Assembly: GCA_023382175.1 (NCBI GenBank)
Contig: JAMCQB010000142.1
Coordinates: forward strand, 1 to 60,832
Length of the DNA: 60,832 nt
Direction: 5' to 3'
Origin: Nitrospirota bacterium
GTDB lineage: Bacteria; Nitrospirota; Thermodesulfovibrionia; Thermodesulfovibrionales; UBA9159
Shown piece by piece: positions 9,859-17,656 of this stretch (the first letter of the stretch is position 1; every line of letters starts with the position of its first letter). A program made the translations under genes and the position numbers. Under the pieces are notes generated by a model that was not told the origin of the DNA, searched no databases, and worked only from the letters and a program-made list of their open reading frames with translations.

Positions 9859-10839
9859 CTACCACTTGATCAGCGCGGACGCCCAGGTGAGACCGCCCCC
9901 GAAGGCTTCCAGAAGGATGTAATCATCATTCCTGATCTTCCCGGTCTTCACCGCCTCATCAAGGGCAATGGGGATGGAAGCGGCCGAGGTATTCCCGTAT
10001 CTGTCGAGATTGATCATCACTTTTTCCATGGGGAGTCCGAGCCTCTTGGCCGTGGCCTGTATTATCCTCAGGTTGGCCTGATGGGGTACCAAGAGGGCGA
10101 TGTCCGAGGTCTTCAATCTGTTCTCCTTCAGGGTCTCCACCACAAGGCTCTCCAAAGCCCTCACCGCGACTTTGAAGGTCTCGTTTCCTTTCATCTTGAT
10201 AAAGTGAAGCCTTTTTTTCACTGTTTCCTTGGAAGCAGGATTCCTTGAACCGCCCCCCGGCGTGTGAAGCAGGTCCCACATGCCTCCGTCAGAATGTATT
10301 TTTGTCGAGACGATGCCCCGATCTTCTTCCGTTGCCTCAAGCACTACGGCGCCTGCGCCGTCCCCGAACAGAACACAGGTAGTCCTGTCTTCCCAGTCAG
10401 TGAACTTTGTGAGCACCTCTGTCCCCACCATAAGAATCCTCCGGTATGTCCCGCTCTGTATATAGGCATTGGCAACAGAAAGACCGTAAATAAAACCCGA
10501 GCATGCAGCATTGACGTCAAAAGCAGCTGACTTTTTTGTATCCAGTTTGTCCTGCAGGATGCAGGCAGTTGCAGGCAACGGCATATCCCCCGAGACTGAG
10601 GCAACAATAATGAGCTCTATATCCTTCGCCTTAAGTCCGGCGCTTTTCAGCGCCGCTTTTGATGCTTCATATGCAAGATCAGATGCCGCCTGTTTTTCGC
10701 CGGCAATCCTCCGCTCTTTTATCCCTGTCCTCTCGGTGATCCATTCATCCGATGTGTCCACCATCTTTTCGAGATCATGATTGGTGAGGATATTCTCCGG
10801 CACGTACGCGCCTGTCCCGATGACCCTAGCCCTTAGCAC
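9859..10839 (-). CDS. fabH: 3-oxoacyl-ACP synthase III
   Basis: 326 aa. Active-site NAACSGF, HQANLRI and GNTSAASIP motifs, in the conserved plsX-fabH arrangement. Confidence 0.95.
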   Translation of the reverse strand: MLRARVIGTGAYVPENILTNHDLEKMVDTSDEWITERTGIKERRIAGEKQAASDLAYEASKAALKSAGLKAKDIELIIVASVSGDMPLPATACILQDKLDTKKSAAFDVNAACSGFIYGLSVANAYIQSGTYRRILMVGTEVLTKFTDWEDRTTCVLFGDGAGAVVLEATEEDRGIVSTKIHSDGGMWDLLHTPGGGSRNPASKETVKKRLHFIKMKGNETFKVAVRALESLVVETLKENRLKTSDIALLVPHQANLRIIQATAKRLGLPMEKVMINLDRYGNTSAASIPIALDEAVKTGKIRNDDYILLEAFGGGLTWASALIKW

Positions 10840-11836
10840 TCTTCCCTCCGCTCTTTATCTCCTCGGTGATGATCTCGTACACTTTTTTTCTCGAGAATTC
10901 TGCCGCAACCTTTATGGCATTTCTCATGGCTTTTGCAGAAGACCTCCCGTGACTGATGATGCACGTTCCGTTTATCCCCAGCAGCGGCGCGCCGCCGTAC
11001 TCGGCATAATCTGTCTTCTTCCTGAAATTCCTGAGGGCAGGCTTCATCAGGAGATACCCTATGCGTCCGGTAGTTACATCCGCAATCTCCCGTTTCAGCA
11101 TCTTCAGAATCACCTCAGCAAGACCCTCGCTGGTCTTCAGCACGATATTCCCGATAAAACCGTCGCAGACCACCACATCCGCGTGCCCCATGAAGATGTC
11201 CTTCCCTTCAATGTTCCCTATGAACCGTATCCCGGCCTCTTTGAGCAGTTTGAACGCCTCTTTCGTGAGCAGGTTGCCCTTGGTATCCTCCTCTCCGATA
11301 CTCAGGAGCGCGATCTTCGGTTCAGGATTATCAAACATGGTCTTGCAGTATGCATTCCCCATGAGTGCAAACTGGAGGAGGTTCTCAGGATCACAGTCCA
11401 CATTGGCGCCTGCATCGATCAGCACAAAGGGCCCCCTGATGGTGGGCATTAGCGTAGCGATGGCAGGCCTGTGAACGCCCTCCGAGGCGCCGAGCATGAA
11501 AAGGGCCATGGCCATGGCAACCCCTGAATGGCCTGCGCTCACCACGGCGTCGGCCTCACGGTTTTTTACCAGTTCAATCGCCCTTTTTATGGAAGAATCC
11601 TTCTTCTTCCTTATGGCAGCCATGGCAGGTTCGTCCATCCCCACAACCTGGGATGCATGCCGGATCTGAAGCCTGGTCGGCGGGTATCTCTTACCGGAAA
11701 GCTCCCTCTTTATGGAGGGTTCATCGCCCACAAGGGCGATTTCGATATCTTCACTCTCATTGACCGTCTCAACTGCGCCCTCGACAGTAACTGCGGGGGC
11801 ATAGTCGCCCCCCATTGCATCAAGGGCAATTCTCAT
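10826..11836 (-). CDS. plsX: Phosphate acyltransferase
   Basis: 336 aa. MRIALDAMGGDYAP N-terminus, in rpmF-plsX-fabH synteny. Confidence 0.95.
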   Translation of the reverse strand: MRIALDAMGGDYAPAVTVEGAVETVNESEDIEIALVGDEPSIKRELSGKRYPPTRLQIRHASQVVGMDEPAMAAIRKKKDSSIKRAIELVKNREADAVVSAGHSGVAMAMALFMLGASEGVHRPAIATLMPTIRGPFVLIDAGANVDCDPENLLQFALMGNAYCKTMFDNPEPKIALLSIGEEDTKGNLLTKEAFKLLKEAGIRFIGNIEGKDIFMGHADVVVCDGFIGNIVLKTSEGLAEVILKMLKREIADVTTGRIGYLLMKPALRNFRKKTDYAEYGGAPLLGINGTCIISHGRSSAKAMRNAIKVAAEFSRKKVYEIITEEIKSGGKSAKG

Positions 11837-12018
11837 TCCTTTTCGACTATTTGAAGAACCTTGCGTCCGTCATAAGAGCCGCAGCTCAGGCAGACCCTGT
11901 GGGACTCCCTCTTCTCTTTGCACTCAGGGCACGTACTGAGATTCGGCATCTGTCCTTTCCAGTTTGCCCTCCTCTTGTCTCTTCTTGTCCTCGTATGTCT
12001 GTGCGTCGGATTTGCCAC
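11833..12018 (-). CDS. rpmF: 50S ribosomal protein L32
   Basis: 61 aa, basic N-terminus, zinc-ribbon CPEC...CLSCG. Conserved position between yceD and plsX. Confidence 0.9.
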   Translation of the reverse strand: MANPTHRHTRTRRDKRRANWKGQMPNLSTCPECKEKRESHRVCLSCGSYDGRKVLQIVEKE

Positions 12019-12021
12019 TTC

Positions 12022-12531
12022 TTACTCCTTTCCATCTAAGAGTTTTTTTAACACTTCAAGCCTTGGGTCCACTTCCTTGCGCTCACAGTTGCAAGGCTTC
12101 ACATTCAGATCGGCGCCGCATGTCGGGCATATGCCTTTGCATGCTTCGCTGCAGAGGGGTTTCATCGGCACATTCAGGAGAATCTGCTCCATGACGAGCT
12201 CGTGGACATCCAGCTCATCACCCTGATAAAACCCCATATCAAGTTCGTCATCCTTGATCTCATGCCTTTCCTCACCTTTGAGTTCTTCCACAGAATGATA
12301 GACCACATTGACCGTCACATCCATGTCCCTCTGAAAATTCTTGAGGCATCTGCTGCATTGAAGTTCGACCCGGGTATTCACCTCCCCTTTCACAAGCACC
12401 TCGGCCGCGATTTTTTCAACCCGGAGAGCTACTGAGGCAGGAGAAAGAAGGGATAATACCTCCGACCTGAACGTCTCTTGAAATTCCAGATCAAGTCCCT
12501 CATCAGTGATGTCAGATACCAGTATCTTCAT
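12022..12531 (-). CDS. yceD: DUF177 / YceD-family protein (23S rRNA accumulation protein)
   Basis: The ORF track extends to 12618. The internal ATG at 12531 (MKILVSDITDEGLDLEF...) gives the usual length of about 170 aa. C-terminal CSEACKGICPTCGADLN cysteine cluster. Conserved yceD-rpmF pairing. Confidence 0.8.
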   Translation of the reverse strand: MKILVSDITDEGLDLEFQETFRSEVLSLLSPASVALRVEKIAAEVLVKGEVNTRVELQCSRCLKNFQRDMDVTVNVVYHSVEELKGEERHEIKDDELDMGFYQGDELDVHELVMEQILLNVPMKPLCSEACKGICPTCGADLNVKPCNCERKEVDPRLEVLKKLLDGKE

Positions 12532-12721
12532 TTTAAAAGACCGTATTAAGCTGCATATTATAACAGAATTCGTCAATGGCTTGTCAAACGCTGAAGGAGC
12601 AAAAGCCGCGAAGCGCAAATATTTTTTGGGTGCTTACGCAGGAAACAGCGCAACTCGGAAAAAACATTCGAATATTATAATAATCGCAATAAGTTTTCTT
12701 GATAAATCTATAAATATTTTC

Positions 12722-12762
12722 TTGACATGCCCCATATGTTCTGATACCATTTGCCATATGGG
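12722..12762 (+). promoter_or_regulatory. Candidate sigma70-type promoter of the hydrogenase operon with an overlapping inverted repeat
   Basis: TTGACA (12722-12727), a 17-nt spacer, then TACCAT (12745-12750). The inverted repeat CCCATATG (12731-12738) / CATATGGG (12755-12762) brackets the -10. Confidence 0.3.
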
Positions 12763-12862
12763 AGAAGAGGGGGTTTCTCATTAATAAATTCACGTAGTTC
12801 GGGCATAATCACAGAATCCTCTCTTACCAAAAATGAATCTTATTAACGGAGGTGAGTCACCT

Positions 12863-13954
12863 ATGAGTAAGATCAAGGATGACACAAGCAGCATCTGGAC
12901 CAGTCTGGCAAAGAAGGGAGTATCAAGGAGGGACTTCATCAAGTTCTGCTCAACAATGGCGGCAACATTGGCCCTTCCCTCAAGCTTTGTTCCCCGGATC
13001 GTTGAAGCCCTCGAAAAGAAGCAGAGACCTTATGCAGTCTGGCTTGAGTTCCAGGATTGCGCAGGGGATTCTGAATCCATGCTGAGGGCGACAAAGCCGA
13101 CCATCGCAGAGGTCGTTCTGGATGTCATCTCCCTTGAGTACCACGAGACCATAATGGCAGGCTCAGGAAAGAGCGCAGAGAAAGCCCTCCAGGATGTGGT
13201 GAAAAACCAGAAGGGCAAGTACATCGCCATCGTTGAGGGAGCGATTCCCACAAAGGATGGAGGGATCTACTGCACTATCGGCGGCAAAACCGCCCTGGAT
13301 ATAGCCAAGGAAGTCTGCGGCAATGCGGCCATGAGCCTGGCCGTGGGATCCTGCGCCAGCTGGGGAGGAATTGCCAGCGCAAAGCCAAATCCCACAGGCG
13401 CGGTCGGAGTCGGAGCTGCAGTCCCCGGCATCACCTATGTCAACCTGCCTGGCTGTCCGATGAACGTCGAGAACGTGACAGCCACTGTGGTCCACTACCT
13501 CACCTTCGGCTCACTGCCTGCCCTTGACGGTGAACATCGTCCGCTCTTCGCCCACGGCAAAATTATTCATAATAATTGCGAGAGACGGGCTCACTTCGAT
13601 GCAGGACAGTTTGTGAGAAAATGGGGCGACGAAGGCCACCGGCTCGGCTGGTGCCTCTATGAGATGGGCTGCAAAGGGCCTGAAGCTCACTTCAATTGTC
13701 CCACCATTCGGTGGAACGGGGGAACAAGCTGGCCTGTACAGGCAGGACATCCCTGCTTCGCGTGTGCCAGCACCAATAACTGGGATGCCTTCGGACCAAT
13801 CTACAGCAGGCTTGAGAATGTGCCGGGAGCAGGATATCAGACCACTGCCGACAAGATCGGCGCCACTGTCGCTGCAGTTGCGGCAGCCGGTGTGGCAGCC
13901 CATGCAGTCATTCGGGCGGCAAAAGGCACACCACACAAGGAAGAGAAGGAATAA
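12863..13954 (+). CDS. [NiFe] hydrogenase small subunit (group 1, Tat-exported, C-terminal membrane anchor)
   Basis: GGAGGTG RBS before the ATG at 12863. Twin-arginine signal SRRDFIKFC. Fe-S ligand regions WLEFQDCAGDSES, GSCASWGG, PGCP, and CxxxxxxCxxP...C motifs near the C-terminus. Hydrophobic tail ATVAAVAAAGVAAHAVI. Confidence 0.9.
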   Translation: MSKIKDDTSSIWTSLAKKGVSRRDFIKFCSTMAATLALPSSFVPRIVEALEKKQRPYAVWLEFQDCAGDSESMLRATKPTIAEVVLDVISLEYHETIMAGSGKSAEKALQDVVKNQKGKYIAIVEGAIPTKDGGIYCTIGGKTALDIAKEVCGNAAMSLAVGSCASWGGIASAKPNPTGAVGVGAAVPGITYVNLPGCPMNVENVTATVVHYLTFGSLPALDGEHRPLFAHGKIIHNNCERRAHFDAGQFVRKWGDEGHRLGWCLYEMGCKGPEAHFNCPTIRWNGGTSWPVQAGHPCFACASTNNWDAFGPIYSRLENVPGAGYQTTADKIGATVAAVAAAGVAAHAVIRAAKGTPHKEEKE

Positions 13955-13978
13955 AAATATACTGAAGGAGGAGGATGT

Positions 13979-15688
13979 ATGGCGAAGATAGCGATTGATC
14001 CCATCACGAGGATTGAAGGACACCTGAGGATTGAGGCCCAGGTGGAAGGCGGCAAGGTCACGGATGCCTGGTCATCCGGCACCATGTGGCGAGGCATCGA
14101 AATCATCCTGAAAGGGAGGGATCCGAGGGAGTGCTGGGCGCTCACCTCCCGAATATGAGGGGTCTGAACAACGGTCCACGCACAGTGCTCCGTGAGAGCC
14201 GTGGAAAATGCCTTAGGGATCACCATTACCGATAACGCAAGGATCATCAGAAATATCATCAATGGGATCCAGTATGTTCAGGATCACGTAATACACTTCT
14301 ATCACCTCCATGCCCTGGACTGGGTCGATGTGGTCAGCGCCCTGAAGGCTGACCCTGCGAAAACAGCATCTCTTGCTCAATCCATATCCGACTGGGCCAA
14401 CTCTTCACCGACTTATTTTAAAACAGTACAGGGGAAGGTAAAGACCCTTGTGGAGAGCGGACAGTTGGGCATCTTTGCCAGCGGTTACTGGGGACATCCG
14501 GCCTACAAACTTCCACCTGAAGCAAACCTCATGGCGGTCGCCCATTATCTTGAAGCCCTGGACTGGCAGCGCGACGTCATAAGGATGCAGGCGCTTCTCG
14601 GCGCCAAGAACCCCCATCCCCAGACCTGGCTGGTGGGAGGTATGGCCATTCCCGTTGACCCGAACAGCCAGAACGCCCTGAACGCAGGGAGTATTGCCTT
14701 TTTGAAAGAACTGGCGACCAAGGCTCATGCCTTCGTAGAGAAGGTCTACATACCGGATCTCCTCGCCGTTGCTTCCTTCTATAAGGACTGGGCAGGGATT
14801 GGAGCCGGGGTCGGGAATTATCTCTCCTACGGTGAGTTCCAGAATGACAATGTGAGCAACACGACAAACGTCTGGCTTCCCGCAGGGTTCATCAGGAACA
14901 AGAATTTAGGCAAGGTCGAACCCATTGATCAGAAGCAGGTTACCGAAGACGTTGCCCATGCATGGTATAAATACACCGACGGCGATGACAAGGCAAAACA
15001 TCCGTGGGACGGCGAGACTAATCCGAACTATACCGGTCCGAAACCGCCCTATGAATTCCTCGACACCAACAAGAAGTACAGCTGGGTGAAAGGGATTCGC
15101 TACAATGGCCTTTCCACAGAGGTCGGTCCCCTTTCGAGGATGCTCATCGCGTATGCTTCGGGACACAAGCGCATCAAGGAAGTGGTGAATATGGTGCTTC
15201 AGAAGCTCGGAGTCGGGCCCGCAGCACTGTTCTCTACCCTCGGCCGCACCGCTGCAAGAGGCATCGAAACCCTGGTGACCGCGGAGATGCTCCCGGTCTG
15301 GATCGATGATCTGGCAGCGAAGATCAAGAGCGGAGATCTGCGCATCCATAACAACGAGAAATGGGACCCTTCCACATGGCCGAAGGAGGCAAAGGGGTTC
15401 GGCTTCCACGAGGCGCCCCGGGGCGCCCTGGGCCACTGGGTAGTGATCAAAGACGGCAAGGTCGCGAACTACCAGTGTGTAGTTCCGGGTGGCTGGAATT
15501 CTTCCCCCAGAGATGCGAAGGGTCAGAGGGGACCATACGAAGCAGCCCTCATGGATACGCCCATTAAAGATCCTAATAAACCCCTGGAAGTGCTGAGGAC
15601 CATCCATTCCTTCGACCCCTGCATGGCGTGTGCGATCCATGTGGTTGATTCGAACAGGGATCAGATCATAAAAGTCAGGGTGGTATAG
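13979..15688 (+). CDS. [NiFe] hydrogenase large subunit, interrupted by two in-frame TGA codons at 14156-14158 and 14165-14167 (candidate selenocysteines)
   Basis: AGGAGGAGGA RBS at 13966-13975 and ATG at 13979, in the same frame as ORF 14192..15688. The N-terminus [27 protein letters not shown]...[38 protein letters not shown] matches the large-subunit L1 region. C-terminal DPCMACAIH motif. Followed by cytochrome b, the maturation protease and hypC. Confidence 0.8.
14175..14205 (+). other. Stem-loop directly downstream of the two TGA codons (candidate bacterial SECIS-like element)
   Basis: UCCACG (14175-14180) pairs with CGUGGA (14200-14205). An inner GCUC (14187-14190) / GAGC (14196-14199) stem closes a CGUGA loop. 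The stem base lies 10 and 19 nt from the two UGAs. Folded by eye only. Confidence 0.3.
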
Positions 15689-15696
15689 GAGGAACT

Positions 15697-16341
15697 ATGG
15701 AAAAGAGGGTTTATGTTTGGGAGTTTCCTGTAAGGCTGACCCACTGGGTGAATTTCCTGAGCATACTGGCGCTCTCGATCACCGGCTTTTACATCGGGGC
15801 GCCCTTTCTGCATGCCATCAGGGAAAACCAGTTCATTATGGCGCAGATGCGGTTCATCCACTTCGTTTCCGCCTATGTCTTCACCGTGAGTTTCCTGATA
15901 CGGATTTACTGGCTGTTCATGGGCAATCAATACTCAAGGCTAAACCAGTTCATCTTCGTAAGCGGAGAACGATGGAAAAATCTCATCGACACCGCCCTGT
16001 TCTATGCATTTCTCAAGAAGGACCTCCCCCACTCCCCGGGGCACACCGGCATTGCCGGTCTTACCTACTTCATCATGTTCCTCATATTCCTTCTCGAGAT
16101 TTTCACAGGGTTCGCGCTCTACTCCGAAAGCCACCTGCCCGGGTTCATATGGACGTTCATGGGCGGATGGCTTTTTTCCATAATGGGAACCGGGACCGTG
16201 CGGCTCATTCACCATCTGCTCATGTGGGTGATCGGCGTCTTCACCATTGTCCATGTCTATGTCAGCTGGCATAATGACGTGATCGAAAAAAACGGGCTTA
16301 TGAGCTCTATTTTCAGCGGTTACAAGTCGATAGAGGAATAG
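15697..16341 (+). CDS. Ni/Fe-hydrogenase b-type cytochrome subunit
   Basis: 214 aa with four TM helices. N-terminus YVWEFPVRLTHWVNFLSILALSITGFYIG has the conserved His ligands typical of HyaC/HupC. Confidence 0.9.
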   Translation: MEKRVYVWEFPVRLTHWVNFLSILALSITGFYIGAPFLHAIRENQFIMAQMRFIHFVSAYVFTVSFLIRIYWLFMGNQYSRLNQFIFVSGERWKNLIDTALFYAFLKKDLPHSPGHTGIAGLTYFIMFLIFLLEIFTGFALYSESHLPGFIWTFMGGWLFSIMGTGTVRLIHHLLMWVIGVFTIVHVYVSWHNDVIEKNGLMSSIFSGYKSIEE

Positions 16342-16347
16342 GGGATA

Positions 16348-16845
16348 TTGACTACCACCGTCTTAGGTCTGGGCAATATCCTGTTGAGGGACGAGGGAGT
16401 CGGGGTTCATGCGGTAAACACCATCAAGGGACGGTATGCCTTTCCTCCTGATGTGGAGGTTATTGATGGCGGGACCTTGGGCCTCGACCTCCTTCCCCTT
16501 ATCGAAGACAGGGACAGGATTCTCTTCGTGGATGCCGTGGACTTCGGGAAGGAACCCGGCCACATCGGCATAATTGATGATGATGCCATCCCCTCTACCC
16601 TCCTGGCAAAGATGTCGGTTCACCATATCGGGCTCTCCGACGTGCTCTTTGCCGCAAAACTCCTGGACATAAAGCCGTCAAAAATCCGTCTTATCGGCAT
16701 ACAGCCTCAGTCCCTTGACGTAGGCCTTGATATGACCGAGTGCATCAGTGGTAAAATGGAAGTGATTATCAGCATGATCCTCGAAACATTAAAGGAGTGG
16801 AACATAGAATGTGCCTTGCGGTCCCCTCAGAAATTGTCAGCATAA
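16348..16845 (+). CDS. Hydrogenase maturation endopeptidase (HyaD/HybD family)
   Basis: 165 aa, TTG start. VLGLGNILLRDEGVGVHAV and DAVD motifs. Confidence 0.9.
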   Translation: MTTTVLGLGNILLRDEGVGVHAVNTIKGRYAFPPDVEVIDGGTLGLDLLPLIEDRDRILFVDAVDFGKEPGHIGIIDDDAIPSTLLAKMSVHHIGLSDVLFAAKLLDIKPSKIRLIGIQPQSLDVGLDMTECISGKMEVIISMILETLKEWNIECALRSPQKLSA

Positions 16846-17054
16846 ACGACCTCATGGCCACCATTGATGTGAACGGCGCACGGCGGGATATCAGCCTCAT
16901 GCTCCTCCCCGAAGAAGCTCAGGTGGGGGATTTTGTGATCGTGCATGCGGGCTTTGCCATCCAGAAGATCGACAGGGAGGCCGGCCAGGAGGCCCTCAGA
17001 CTGATAAAAGAGCTGGTGGAATCCGAAGAGTTCAAGGCAGAATACATGGAGTGA
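16809..17054 (+). CDS. hypC: Hydrogenase assembly chaperone HypC/HupF family
   Basis: The start is moved to the ATG at 16809, so the protein begins MCLAVPSEIV; the N-terminal Cys2 is essential in this family. Overlaps the protease gene. Ends with TGA at 17052-17054. Confidence 0.85.
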   Translation: MCLAVPSEIVSINDLMATIDVNGARRDISLMLLPEEAQVGDFVIVHAGFAIQKIDREAGQEALRLIKELVESEEFKAEYME

Positions 17055-17656
17055 AACGGTATATCCTCGCCATATCAGGCGCCAGCGGCTCTGTGTTCGG
17101 CGTCAGGGTCCTGGAAGCCATCCTTAGAAAGTCAGAAGTCCATCTTGTCATCTCTTCGCAGTCATTTTCGATCATCAGGCACGAAACCGGCATAGACTGG
17201 TCAGGAAAGACCGATGCCGAGGTGCAGAAAAAGATAAGGACATACTTCAGATCCCGCAGGATTCACTATTACAATGAAACCGATCTCGCTGCCCCCCTTT
17301 CCAGCGGCTCTTTTATCACAGACGGCATGCTCGTGGTGCCCTGTTCCATGAAGACCCTTTCAGGCATCGCTCATGGCTACGCAAACAACCTCACTGAACG
17401 GGCAGCGGATGTGACGATAAAAGAAGGAAGGCCCCTGCTTCTCGCTCCACGGGAAATGCCTTTCAGCGCAATTCATCTCGAAAACATGCTAAGGCTTGCA
17501 CGGATTGGGGTGAAGATAGCGCCTCCCGTGCCTGCGTTCTACCAGAAACCGAAAGAGCTTAGCGATATCGTTGATTTCGTTGCAGGGAAGATACTGGATT
17601 CCTTCGGCATCCCTCACGATCTCTTCACAAGATGGGGAGGACAAGAGACTACCTGA
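17051..17656 (+). CDS. ubiX: Flavin prenyltransferase UbiX
   Basis: 201 aa, GTG start. ISGASGSVFGVRVLE N-terminus and VVPCSMKTLSGIAHGYANNL motif. Confidence 0.9.
   Translation: MKRYILAISGASGSVFGVRVLEAILRKSEVHLVISSQSFSIIRHETGIDWSGKTDAEVQKKIRTYFRSRRIHYYNETDLAAPLSSGSFITDGMLVVPCSMKTLSGIAHGYANNLTERAADVTIKEGRPLLLAPREMPFSAIHLENMLRLARIGVKIAPPVPAFYQKPKELSDIVDFVAGKILDSFGIPHDLFTRWGGQETT

Noticed and set aside
14156-14167. Genome-wide reassignment of TGA (code 4 or 25) as the explanation for the in-frame TGAs
   Set aside because: TGA terminates well-conserved genes at their expected ends in this same window (recA at 33818-33820, hypC at 17052-17054). No other conserved gene here needs TGA read-through.
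14192-15688. ORF-track model of the hydrogenase large subunit starting at GTG 14192 (498 aa)
   Set aside because: This model would lack the whole N-terminal region, including the IDPxTRIEGH segment and the RxCGxC nickel ligands. Those are clearly encoded in the same frame from 13979 behind a strong RBS, so the break is caused only by the two TGA codons.
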